Shown here: positions 53,301 to 63,648 of the stretch, piece by piece
Layout: each line of letters begins with the position of its first letter
How positions within the stretch are numbered: position 1 is the stretch's first letter
Source of the DNA: Tubulanus polymorphus
Taxonomy: Eukaryota > Animalia > Nemertea
Direction: 5' to 3'
Assembly: GCF_964204645.1 (NCBI RefSeq)
Contig: NC_134034.1
Location: 12,660,962 to 12,724,961, forward strand
Length of the DNA stretch: 64,000 nucleotides
Position numbers and translations under genes: made by a program
The notes under the pieces: generated by a model
Told to the model about the DNA's origin: nothing
What the model saw: only the letters and a program-made list of their open reading frames with translations
Database searches by the model: none

Positions 53301-56300
53301 CTGCGGTGTAGACGCACTGAAAGGGTTAATGAAACACGCGGTCAATAGCATTAACCAAATTCCATGTGTTTTCCAGGATTTTGGTAAGTTTTGGAGTTTT
53401 TTTTCTAGATTTTTCTGATTCCCTGAGTTTTCTAGGTCAGTGATGCCACCCTGTCTAATTAATTTGCATCATTAAAACTTACTGTTGTCGATCTTTCGCT
53501 AAATCGGTTTCATCAGCAGACGATTCAAACGACGCATCCATCCCGACGACAGCAGCGGCAGACGGAGACGCCGGCTGTATCTTCATCAACTCGTCGTGAT
53601 GCTGCAGTTTCATCTCGTCGAGTTGAATTCGATGATTCGATTCGATTTCCGAGCAACGATTCTCGAAATACGTTCGTAATTCTTTCATTTCTCGTTCGTG
53701 TTCGAAATTCAACTGTTCAACGTCGTCTTTTGTATAAGCTACGAACGAATGAATTAAACAGTAATTAATTAATTCCAGAAACAAATCATAATTATTTGTA
53801 CTTTAAGGACACGTGAAACGTGAAGGTCTAATTCTTATAGTGAGCCTCGTATTTTCTAGAATCCAAGAATTTGTGAAAATGGAAAATTTCCCAGGGTCGT
53901 TCATCGATACTCAGAATACGACTCATATGTGCTCAATGTACGTAACCAGGAGAAGCAGACAATTTTTGATTGATCCTCCCAGATGGCGTTGTATGTACCA
54001 GGGTACTTTAAGACACTTAGTGCCATGTTAAAGCCAAATCTTAGGGCTTTGTTTTAGTCAAACATTTTTTATGATTAATTGAAGAATGCTATGAAATCCT
54101 GGGGCTGCAGTTACTGAAAGGTCCAGTTCCACAGTTGTGAGTTAAGATTTAACTCTGAGTTAACTCATTGAAAATGAACTAATTTTAACTCAGAGTTAAT
54201 TCTAACTCAGAACTGTGGTAGTGGGTCCTGGCGCTGCAGTTACTGAAAGGTTGGTAAAAGATAACCGGCAGATAAATACCATAGTAACAATGAACTTATA
54301 ATTGTCACTATATCACATATCTAGTTAACTCTAATTAACTTATGACCAACTGCAGCCCAGGGCCCAGTTTCACCAAAAAGGATTAAGGCCTAAATCGATT
54401 CAAGACAAACTGAATTAATGAAGAAATTAAATCGATTTAAAATTTAAACCTTTTTGTGAATCTGGGCCCAGGCTGAAGTATTAAAGAGTATACCCAGAAG
54501 ATGTTTATGAATGTAATATTTACCATTTTGAAGTTGTAATTGAAGTTGTTGAATCTCACTGTCGTATTTCGGACGGGCTTCTGATAGCTGGCGTTTAATT
54601 TGTCGAATCGAATTCAACTCCGATTCTAACTGAGTTTTAATCTCGAATAATTCCCGAGATAAAGCTGAAATATCAAAATCAACCGACACGAATTATCATC
54701 GAAACATCTCAAAAACTGACGCAAGATTTCAGTATTTAAAGCTGTGTTATTTCGTCTTACCGCGGACACCATCTTCCTGGTCTCCACTTGCTCCATTCAT
54801 TTTATCTTCATTTTCACTCCGCAATTTATTCAAGTTTTCTTTATGTTTCGCCTCAAAATCTTCTCCCAAACTCTTTAAATAAATAATGAAAAAAATTCAT
54901 TACTTTATAATCAACTTTCTAAATAACAGTAATAAATTAAATTCATTGGTTCTGCAGAGAGGTGATTTATTCCGGGTAATGTTGTTGTATTTATACCTGT
55001 ATTATATTTTGATGTTGCGTTGATAATTTTGATTTCAGTTTTTCCAGCAGGTCGGATACAGTTTCTTCATCGTCACCTGAAGAATTGGAAATAGAACAGT
55101 GACTTTCAGACCGACCGAGTGCTACATCTATGAGCGAGAGGGGGAGAGGTTGAAAGGTGGCGCTATCTGTAGGCCTAGGCCTACTCTACTCTTCTTCAAA
55201 ACTTTACTTCCGCTGAATTTCAGGAGCTTCTGCCTCTCCGAAAACTGCACCTGAATAAACCTAACCCATCAATTCCATGGGTACAAGGTCAAGGAGTTAG
55301 TAGAATTGAAATTTCTAGGACCAACTGCTGGGCTCAGTTTCACGAAAAAGTTTAAGCCTTAAACAATTGAATTGTTGTCCTCATTGAAAACATGGAGTGA
55401 CCAAATGGCAATTACATCAAAAGTTTTAGTTATTAAACTTTTTTTTTGTGAAACTGGCTGCTGGACTAACTAACAACAAACAGCGCAGCCAGTCAAAGAA
55501 GAGTCAGAAAGAATCAGTACTTTAAAAACATACCCTGTTTGAGTTTCTGACTGTTAGATTCCGCTGATGTTTTCTGCTGTTGCTCTCGTTTGAAATCGTC
55601 TTTCATCACTTCGATAACGCCGGCGTTTAATTCTTCCATTGTCGTTTTCATCAGTCGCAGTTGATAGTTCAACTCTTGCTCGCTGTCAGATCTCAGTTTG
55701 TTCAACTCATCCTGTTCAGCTCGCTGCATCTCCGTATAAATCTCATCCAGCTTCTTGCGACTCTCCGCGTCCAGTTTATCGCCGATTTCATCCAAATCCT
55801 ATTTTTGTGGATGATACGGAGCCAAAATCGGCGAGAACATTTTCAAAAAAATTCAAAACCAGGAAATGAAATGGTCTTGACCGTCAGCTGGCGCCATCTT
55901 TTATAATCAAATTCAATTCAATTTTAGATTATTGAACAAAACTTTATTGGTACAGGTGTATTGAATTGGATTGACGGTGCGGGCCGGGTTACGCTGATTC
56001 AGTTAAATTCTAATTTCTATAAAATTTAGAATTAAGATTTTGCCCCATAACTGTTTAAGACACCTAATAAAAAGTTAAGGAATTTTTCTAATAGATTGAG
56101 ATCCTACCTTATGGCGACTTTTTCTGACTGTAGCAATAGCACCGGCGCCGGTAGTTGCTGTCTCAGGAGGGGCAGCCGGCGGAACGGTACCCTCTGTGCT
56201 CTGACTAGAATGTTGCTGACCCATGATCGGAGGAGTTTGTTGGACGGTGGTAGACTGGACGGTATCACTCGGGGTCGGAGCGCTCCTCGGCGGTACGATG

Positions 56301-56383
56301 GTTGACTCCGCTTGTTGCTGCCGTTGTTGGGAATGTTGTAATTCCTGGCGCAATGTTTCGACTTGTTCTTTCAAGGCATCTAA
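16634..56383 (-). CDS. PCNT/AKAP9: Pericentrin/AKAP9 (AKAP450)-family centrosomal coiled-coil scaffold with PACT domain; 41 chained exons, about 4270 aa, true first exon uncertain
   Basis: Phase-consistent exons (high to low): 56383-56108, 55798-55534, 55076-54997, 54872-54761, 54664-54524, 53738-53483, 52844-49331, 49253-49059, 48969-48813, 48616-48402, 48061-47698, 41750-41574, 41004-40774, 39556-39341, 36163-35931, 35578-35273, 35171-34950, 34481-34272, 33959-33780, 33425-33249, 33151-32981, 32666-32532, 32450-32343, 31818-31570, 31409-31218, 30702-30427, 28590-28317, 27269-27049, 26567-26352, 26249-26082, 25999-25816, 25710-25488, 23048-22898, 22453-22125, 21857-21047, 20739-20464, 19978-19817, 19730-19485, 18801-18131, 17450-17247, 16661-16634. 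Family motifs SSRLQMAVEKLLE, FIEEQTHDREQERDEF, DWRAELL and PACT. The last junction is less certain. Confidence 0.92.
18131..18801 (-). CDS. PCNT/AKAP9: PACT-domain exon (centrosomal targeting, calmodulin binding)
   Basis: QRLYGHYLRAESYRKNLIYQKQYL...LMKFRSAVKCVIAISRMKFLNAKWKR. Confidence 0.95.
18950..19104 (+). mobile_element. Short TIR element enclosing a hammerhead core
   Basis: About 43-nt inverted arms (tgacgagagaaatcccacaataacg...cgttattgtgggatttctctcgtca) around CTGATGA-T-ggctaac(agtt)gttagcc-GAAA-CGTC (18997-19030). Stem I is only 2 bp. Confidence 0.7.
20020..20455. repeat. Modular gggtagc(ccaca/tga) minisatellite
   Basis: Fills the intron 19979-20463. Confidence 0.9.
22513..22623. 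mobile_element. Near-perfect hairpin MITE
   Basis: ggctcggttttatagactggtattactttaacccgggggctaact...agttagcccccgggttaaaggtaataccagtctataaaaccaagcc. Confidence 0.75.
23428..24295. repeat. 86/88-nt minisatellite, about 10 near-identical copies, with internal palindrome tttataccggtataaa
   Basis: Units start at 23428, 23516, 23602 and so on. Confidence 0.95.
25110..25445. repeat. 20-nt tgtggaactgggtccag-family satellite
   Basis: Directly visible. Confidence 0.9.
27360..28290. repeat. 20-nt ccagaactgtggaactgggt satellite with higher-order structure
   Basis: Directly visible; source of the ELWNW ORFs. Confidence 0.95.
28678..28956. mobile_element. piggyBac-like MITE (TTAA target duplication)
   Basis: TTAA|CCCTTTCAGTGC ... 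GCACTGAAAGGG|TTAA. Confidence 0.85.
34514..34920. mobile_element. Older inverted copy of the piggyBac-like MITE with a nested GGGCTCAGTTTCA MITE (about 34751-34883)
   Basis: cccttt(t)cagtgcgtctacac...actgaaaggg. The nested insert resembles 55330-55463. Confidence 0.7.
36220..36550. repeat. ggggcaggttttattctgggat minisatellite
   Basis: Directly visible. Confidence 0.85.
36870..37255. repeat. 60-nt tandem repeat, about 6 copies
   Basis: ggtttttgattggctagctagggttatgatgtcacagctggtcaggtgacctaggcatag. Confidence 0.95.
38138..38173 (-). CDS. 36-nt symmetric cassette micro-exon (VNSSTTVKNSEP)
   Basis: Long T-tract plus aatgcag acceptor, CAG/GTACAC donor, phase 1-1 like the host intron, open frame. 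Confidence 0.6.
38490..38788. repeat. G-rich purine minisatellite of about 38 nt (gagtaaggtatgaggggggatgagggatggggat)
   Basis: Directly visible. Confidence 0.9.
41076..41215. mobile_element. PIF/Harbinger-like MITE family (GGGGCCRGTT TIR); related copies at about 20824-21023, 26835-26963, 31036-31175, 39730-39850, 40507-40629, 62020-62120
   Basis: Shared body ccaaaagtggtcttaaatcttaagactggtcttaagttgttagattggctatagaacyaagttggtcttag with inverted ends. Confidence 0.75.
42335..43174 (-). CDS. Candidate alternative (cassette or first) 840-nt Ser/Arg-rich exon of the pericentrin-like gene
   Basis: 280 open codons. AG at 43176-43175 after a (TA)n tract, ATG at 43151 (MDYTLRN), phase-1 donor G/GTATAT matching the phase-1 acceptor at 41750. 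Confidence 0.65.
44104..44560. repeat. 27/29-nt minisatellite gatagcgtcacctcgcagc(t)ctgttcagg
   Basis: Directly visible. Confidence 0.95.
45676..45703 (-). CDS. Candidate alternative first exon MNHHQLIRY(C)
   Basis: ATG, 9 codons, GTAAGT donor in phase 1, in frame with exon 41750. Confidence 0.35.
46158..46882. repeat. 28/29-nt minisatellite gagggagaccataggactacctccgtta
   Basis: Directly visible. Confidence 0.95.
46975..47032 (-). CDS. Candidate alternative first exon MNDVVCSSLEIGLTITDYY(G)
   Basis: ATG, 19 open codons, strong CG/GTGAGT donor in phase 1, in frame with exon 41750. Confidence 0.45.
47190..47400. repeat. (CYGTGTR)n heptamer repeat
   Basis: Directly visible. Confidence 0.85.
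48130..48300. repeat. 30-nt minisatellite
   Basis: tattctacagcttggaaccacccctccaga. Confidence 0.9.
49331..52844 (-). CDS. PCNT/AKAP9: 3514-nt acidic coiled-coil exon of the pericentrin-like gene
   Basis: 1175-aa ORF bounded by tatag acceptor and gtttgt donor; phases match both neighbours. Confidence 0.92.
53038..53325. mobile_element. piggyBac-like MITE, second copy
   Basis: Same TIRs, TTAA on both sides, internal sequence highly similar to 28678-28956. Confidence 0.85.
54100..54471. mobile_element. Cluster of three short abutting or nested hairpin MITEs
   Basis: 54361-54468 has GGCCCAGTTTCAC/GTGAATCTGGGCC ends with a CAG duplication. 54121-54230 is a ccagttccacagtt hairpin inside a gggctgcagtt element. 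Confidence 0.7.
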
Positions 56384-57019
56384 CTGCAAAATAGAAATAA
56401 AAAGGGAAAATTTAGAAATTCCTTGAATAAGGACGGTAATCACGTTTCTTTGGAAAATCCCGCGGCATTTAGCCTTTAGTTTTACACGTTACAGGTTAAA
56501 TCTGCAAGTGGCAAAACCGTCTCTTTTTCGGGTCTAGCCACTATTCCAAAGAAGCAACCGTTGTATGGGAACCCCGCCGGACAACGTCTGCTATTCAGAC
56601 TACACCAAACGATAATCCTAGTGGATCCCCAGCCAAATACTGCACTGGTTACTCAGAGGCGTCGGGTCGGTAAAAAAGATTTTTCAAAGGCAATAGAAAA
56701 AAGGGGGAAAATTGATTGAGTTTCCTTAATCCGAGAGAAAGTGCTCTGAACTTATCAGAGCCGTAGCGTGGATGTAATAAGAGAAAATACCGTGCTCGGT
56801 TCCACAGCTGTCAACAACTAGAGTCGAATCGAACTTGATTCTTTTTCTGCGTAATCTATCAAATGAGGATGTAATGTACAATCATCCCAAAAATGACGAT
56901 ATTTCATAGTTTGACAGTTTTAAGATGTTGCCACATCTTCAGAGAAAAATAGAATACATTTTTTCAGAAATATCATTTCATCGGAGGACGCTCTCGGTGA
57001 ACGTTACCGTTAAACTTAC

Positions 57020-57124
57020 TTTATGTTTGGATATTTCGAACATAATCCCGTCGGGTAGCCAACTGACGTGTAAACCCTCAGCTGCTTCTAAACCGACTAG
57101 CTGCATCGCATTTATACGAAACAT
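57020..57124 (-). CDS. Candidate alternative first exon MFRINAMQLVGLEAAEGLHVSWLPDGIMFEISKHK
   Basis: AAA-ATG context, upstream in-frame stop, 35 open codons, GTAAGT donor in phase 0 matching exon 56383. Confidence 0.5.
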
Positions 57125-59675
57125 TTTAAACAGTAACTACTAATATTACAGAATGTTAATCCATCGATATTAATTTGCCTGCGATAAACCTTGCATTTTC
57201 TATCAAAATCTGCCCCAGAAAATTCTCACAGGTCGCTAATTCTCTCTATCGACATAGAATCATTGCGATCCTTTCGATTGAAATCTATTCAGCTCAGAAT
57301 CTCGTTTCCAAAACCAGTTCGCTCCCTGTCGCTTCGTTCATCTCAGAAATCAAACGTCTCAAAATCCCACCCTCACCGTCTCAAGCCTCTCTAGATATAC
57401 CAGTAACTGAAGTACTGCGTATACGCCGATCACATAAAGAAGACCATATGGTCAACAACAAGGCACGATTAATTATTAACCACTTTAATATTGTTTCTCA
57501 CATAGACCGTGCGCATTTAATTACACTTAAAACATAGGCGGTGGAGAAATTTCTAAGTTCTAAGATATGGATTTTAAAAAAAAGTCTCTCGGAGATTAAA
57601 CAGTGAAGGAATTTGATTCAATATTCTAAGGACAGCGGATGAATGTTGTTGGTTGTGTTGCGCGCGCACTGCGCTCTGTAGCAGACGGTACCAGATCTAT
57701 CGACCGTGTATCGACAGATGTTAAATCAATAGATCGTTAATTATTAATTATTTGTCCGGTTTATAAATTCGATCACGCGATCAACCGACTGTGAATACGA
57801 GCAGACGATATTTTATAAACAGGCGAAAAATACTCTCCCGGGAAATCATCCGGTTTATCGCTATACGCTTAATTCAACTCTAAATATGATTACATATTTC
57901 GAAATATTTGAAACAGGATTCAAAAATCACTGTCCCGATGAATGAGTGGTTTACAAAAAAATCATGTTTCGCCATTTTGTAAGATTTATGTAATAATTAT
58001 GTAAAAATACAGTTTCTTGCATATTTTTTAATGATTTCATGTTTTGCTGTTATCGAGTTCTGACCATAAACAAACCATTCATGATTTAATATCATTGTAA
58101 CAACCATTTGTAAAATACTGAAAATCATTTTTATCAAAAAAGCATGTATTTTTCTTATTACAGATGACAAGTCCCTTGAACTAAAAGTTAAAATTCTAAA
58201 TTCCAGTCAAACCATTTACATGTAGTTAAAAAGTCTCCAACTACGCGGGAACTTATTGCATTATTCATATAACACAAATATCGAAATGTTTTTGAAATTA
58301 GATTTAGAAATTACTGTTTCGGTGGGTCAAGAAATAGTGTTTGGCTATTTTGAGAAATTGTAAAACTCTAAAATCGTAACAGTTTCTTAGCCTATAATAT
58401 CTTAAAGCGATTTCCTGTTTGACTCCAAGGTTTTCACCAGAAAAAAAAATTTTTATGATAATCTGATCATTTCTAGAATATTGAGAAGAGAAAAACTGAA
58501 TCTGAAAGTTGAAATTGTAAACATTTAATCAAAGCATTTTGTTAAAACTCTCTCCTTAGCCCAAAATAGACTCACGGAACCACCGGTTAAACATTCGATT
58601 CTTTTTTCACAATTCAAGAAAGAAATACCAATATTTTAATTGACTGACAAAAACTCGGCGTGAAAAACACGGTATGAAATCCTTCACGCTCGATTATCTG
58701 TGAATTGAATGAAACCGCATTCAGAACGGTCGGGGCGGGAGGGGGTAGGCGGGCGGAGGGGGTATAGTATAGTATAATACAGGGTCTAATATAGTATTTA
58801 AACAAAGTAAGTAAAAAACGGTATTGAAAATCGAAAGTATGTTCACAACACAATTTCACAAGACTGTCTCCGGCCCAGGGGTAAAAATACCGCTCGTTTC
58901 AATTCAAATATAAACATTCTCACCGAATACGAAAGATATCTCAGACAATTTCTGTAGACGTATCTGACATCGGACCGAATATACTATAGAGACCTGGAAC
59001 TGACTGTCTGAGAATTAACCGACTATCATCAACGAAAAAGCGGCGGCCGTACGATCATATTATATTATATGATCATGTAATGTTATGAATAACAATTAAA
59101 TGTTATGAATTTAAAAGATTGAAAACGAAATAAGAAATTTTAGAAAAAAGATTAAAAGATCGGACGTTTTCGGACTTTCTTCAGAGAACATCGTCAAGTG
59201 GGATTTCAATTCTTGATGAACAAACCTCATTTTATATAGTCTTTTATATTTGAAATGTTTAATATGCTCCACATGGTGAGTGGTTATTCTTGAAACGTTT
59301 GAAATGTAGTCGGTTTGAACTCCTTGTCTGAGTGGTACAGGCTATGTACGTTCAATCCGAATCCGGCATCAAAATTAGTTAACTTTACATAGTCTAACTA
59401 TATATATATATATATATATATACCGAGGCTAGGTACCGGTAAGCCATTATTATATGTGAAAAAACATCCTGAATTTAGACACATTTTTATCCGTAATTCT
59501 GTTAATGACGTCAGAATATCGCTGCGATAAACGGTGTGTGACAAGGTGTCATTTTGAATAGATAGTTACCAAATAAACAGACATTAAACATAAATTTACC
59601 ACCAGTTATAGGGCTTGAAGTCGGTTGGCGTTTCAGATAGTTAGATACTTGTACGTCTACTGGGCTATAAAAAAT

Positions 59676-59860
59676 TGTCTGCCTGCCTGACTGCCTGCCT
59701 GTCTGTCTGTCTGTTTGTCTGTCTGCCTGTCTGCCTGTTTGTCTGTCTGCCTGTCTGTCTGTCTGCCTGTCTGCCTGTTTGTCTGTCTGCCTGTCTGCCT
59801 GCCTGCCTGTCTGTCTGTCTATCCAGTTTGTCCTGTATCGATGATGATGATGATGATGAT
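59676..59860. repeat. (TGTC/TGCC)n tetramer and (GAT)n microsatellites
   Basis: Directly visible. Confidence 0.9.
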
Positions 59861-60216
59861 GTGTTTATTAATTAGCACCCGTATGAATGTTGACGGGTTG
59901 ACGCCCTGTTTATCACCTAAAATCAGTGACAGTAATATCCGGATCAACACTGTCTCTCGACATATCCCCCCTTATCACGTCATCAATAGCCGTTCATAAT
60001 CAGTAGCAACAATATTAACTATTTCAGCTTCCAGCCCATGTACATGATTCTTTTAGATACCTTCACGTATCATTGATACACTATTCGTTTAGAAATTTGC
60101 GTAATCAGATCATACCCGGACTGGCCACCAGTCACTGCCCCTGACTGGCCACCAGTCACTATTGACTGGTCGTCACACGGAGCATTCCAACTTACAATCC
60201 TCCTCGGACACTGGTG

Positions 60217-60283
60217 TACCGTGGCCTAGTGGTTAGCGTGCTTCGCTGATAGGTTGTGGGTAACAGGTTCGAGTCCCGGGTGA
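60217..60283 (+). mobile_element. tRNA-derived SINE head or tRNA pseudogene
   Basis: A box TGGCCTAGTGG (60222-60232) and B box GGTTCGAGTCC (60266-60276), without a clean cloverleaf. Weaker remnants at about 2660-2697 and 1745-1758. Confidence 0.6.
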
Positions 60284-60993
60284 AACTAGGAACAGGGCTA
60301 TGGACGAACTATAAGAATCAGGGTAAGGCTTTGGGGTCACGCATAACCATGGTGAGATTATGGGTATTTTGGTAGAATTTCTTAACACTACAAAGAGTGC
60401 ACCCACTTGTTCCGGTGGTATAGAATCAGATGTCGCAGATGCCTCCCCGCCCAGAACAGATTGACGGAGAGTCTACTGACCCCTAAACCTTACCTTTTTA
60501 ATCCCTACAGTAAGGGGGGGGGGGGCGTAATAAGGGGAGCATATTTCAATCTATATGACACCGGTATACAACAATCAATCATTGTTTTATTCCAGAACTA
60601 ATGAAATTATTTTCAGAATGATTCCACGGCGGCCGTGTCGAATAAAGCATGAAATAAACGTTTTAATCATGATTTCGTAGAGGAAATCTCGTGTAGATTC
60701 TATATCGAAATCAGCAGCTTTTATTTCTACCCTTTTGAACAATAGAACAGCTAGAATACTACACATATTCGAAAAAAAACCTGGTCTGAAATGGTCACAA
60801 AATTGAATTCACATATTTATACATTTGTTGTAAAAAATAATATAAAATCTCGGGACACTAAGAATCAAATAGAGTACACAAAATGTTTCCTTGATCTATT
60901 GTTAAGTTCATACGACGTTTTAACTACGACGATGATCCCCAAAAATACAAAAACAATCAATTCTAAGCTATACACGTAAATGACGTAACCTAC

Positions 60994-61002
60994 CTCGTCC
61001 AT
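60994..61002 (-). CDS. Candidate start mini-exon ATG GAC GAG (MDE) giving MDELDALKEQ...
   Basis: ttcag-ATGGACGAG-gtaggt, phase 0. A possible upstream non-coding exon donor (AAG/GTAAAA) lies near 61780. Confidence 0.4.
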
Positions 61003-62855
61003 CTGAAGTCACACAGTACTGTATATCAGCGTTATAACCACCACCAGTACGACAGAAAGAAAGAGAGACTATAACAAGCCAAACCCGCGACCGTATTACA
61101 TTTATTAGTAAGATTATAAAATCAAAAGAAAATTTACGAGACCAAAACGGTTTTTACAATGGACGCGCGGACGTCACAGCAGGTTCAGTTATAGAGCCAC
61201 TGTACGTGATATACACGACCGTACCCACGCGTATACAACAGTCACAGACGTTATATTAATAAAAATGTCAATCTTGACCGAAGAAGTTGATCCGGTGCGA
61301 ACTTTTTACTCAGTTTATAGAAAATCAACAGAGAAAAAAAGTCAAAAGTGCGACCGGGAACAAACGTGAAATCGACAGGAGCCTGACACAAAAATACTTT
61401 TTGAACCTAGCTATTCCCGATATTCTAGATGACCTGTAAAGTTTTGGGATTTGTCAAGTTCGGGGCCGCAAACCACAGCGCAGCGATAAACACCCGTCGC
61501 CCGCAATTGACCCAGAATTGCTTTTAAAAATGCATGCATATCACTGCGACTTTATTCATAAAAATTACTATTCGACTTTTACAAGTGGAACCGATAAATC
61601 TGATCAGTGCCATAGAGAAAATCTACAGCATGTTGATAGAAAAAAAAAACATGCTACGCAAATAGGTCTACATGTCCATATACGGGATTGGAAAGAGTTG
61701 ACACTGTGACCGTTTGAGTTTGAACTATAAACAAACCCTCACAGACCACGACGTATTGTAAACATTCATGTATTTTTACCTTGTAAGCGCCACTGATTCC
61801 GTGCCTCACTCTCCTTCAAATAAACACCTCAAACACTGTACTGGAATAAAACACCGTCGTTACAAGTTCGTCTAATAAAGTCTCTTATTTCTACGAGTCG
61901 CCGATTTTCGCTATAGGAACCCGATTAATTTCGCTTGTTTGTAATTTTCGCGACGAGTATTCATATTCGAGATCTTGGTTTCCCAGGACTAACCCTATTG
62001 GATTATACTTGTAACCTCACGACGGTCCAAGCTCATTTTGTTTCTGATAACCAATCTAACAACTTAAGACCAGTGTAAACTTATTTGGCTCTATAGCCAA
62101 TCTAACAACTTAAGACCAGTCTTTTGTTTTTGTTTTTGGCTTAAAGTCAAAAAGTCAGCGTGAAAAAATTCCGGTTAAGATTTTTCGAAATTTGGATACA
62201 ATGTTTATGTTTTTTTTTTTTTTTTAATGAAAATAGGGAGTAAGCCTTTAGTAGAATCACAAACTAGAGTTCTAATCTCCACAGTTTACACGTCATGGAA
62301 AATATCACATATATTTCCTGAACCCGATGACAGTTCTTTACAAGGTGTCACAAAATGTCAACTCATTTCTCTGAAAAACGTCAACGTTTTGGCAGCTGAA
62401 TGAACTGACAGGGAAAGGGAGGGGTAGTGTAGCTAGGGGAACGCATTCCAACAGCTGCATTCCCGATAGCGAGAAGCTGAAATATTGTAAGTAGGAACTT
62501 ATCAAAAAAATTTCCGGGGTAATTAGAATAACTTAATTTTTTTGATAGGGAAATAGGTATGTGTGCAATATGTAGTATGCATTCAAAAACCATCGAAGAC
62601 GTTTAGAAAAACTACGATGAAATCAGAAATTTATCCGAAATAAATATGAAAAGAAATTGATAAGAAATGTATCAAAAAAGTGCCAAATGGAAATTACTAC
62701 TTCCTAGTCGCTATACAGTATTTGGGTTGGTGGTACGATAACCATCACACTCAAACGTGGTGAACAGATGATAAGATAAAAACCCACTATTTAAAAATTT
62801 AAAAAAAAAATCTAAAATCGAGAATGTATTTATTGAAACAATCTAAAATATACGA

Positions 62856-62897
62856 ACACGACGTTTCGATCTCACACTAGAGATCATCGTCAGGTGT
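62856..62897 (-). ncRNA. Minimal type I hammerhead ribozyme (Penelope-like element type)
   Basis: Minus strand: acac-CUGACGA-U-gaucuc(uagugu)gagauc-GAAA-CGUC-gugu. 4-bp stem I, 6-bp stem II, palindromic loopless stem III (ACGU). An inverted partial copy lies at 62909-62928. Confidence 0.8.
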
Positions 62898-63402
62898 GGA
62901 CGTGAGCTCACCTGACGATGATCTCTAGGATGATGATCTCTTATATTTCAGTATTTGGGTTATTTGCTCAAACGTTGGTCAGATAGTTGATAAAGGTTCA
63001 TTGTGTGGTGAATATGGCATTTATCCGTCGTTTATCTTTAAAACCCTGGCGAATTAAAAAATACATTTCTCGAGATTGCGGGGAATTTTTGCGAATTTTT
63101 CAAAAAAAATATCCCAGAAAGTCCCCAGCCACCTAATTAGTGTTCGGGCATTTCAACGACTGTACGACTGCTCTACTGTATGAGAGAAGCCACCTTCGAC
63201 TAGTTCGCCATCTAACGGACAATTAGGTCAGTAGGTCAGTCAGGCCCGAGGTGACCGCAACCATACCTGAAGGTTTTCATCGACGTCGCCACACCTGATG
63301 GGTTTCAACCAACTTTTCAGCAAACTGACTTCAAAGAAATTTATTTATAAAATCAAAAATAATCACTAGAATTCAACCGTTCTTTTTCAGCCGAACAGAG
63401 CT

Positions 63403-63487
63403 ATGAATTTAAAACTGTTTGTATCGTTTCTGATGACGTTGTTGATGATTTTTTCCCACCTCGTGTTCTACGTGGAATGCAGCGCTG
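63403..63487 (+). CDS. First coding exon (signal peptide) of an unidentified secreted or membrane protein continuing beyond the window
   Basis: tttttcag acceptor at 63390, MNLKLFVSFLMTLLMIFSHLVFYVECSA(G), then CTG/GTAAGG phase-1 donor. Confidence 0.6.
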
Positions 63488-63648
63488 GTAAGGAGGGCCA
63501 GGGGGCGCTACTCACAAAAAATTCACATTTTACAAACAATGATAATTCAGACAGATCACCATTGATAAAACACTATAGATCGGTGTTGTAACGATAAAAC
63601 AAAGATGATCCCACAATAATAAAGAAAGACAAAGTCCGAAAAATGTTT

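Noticed and set aside
60217-60283. Functional tRNA gene
   Set aside because: A and B boxes are present, but acceptor and anticodon stems do not pair; treated as a SINE or pseudogene.
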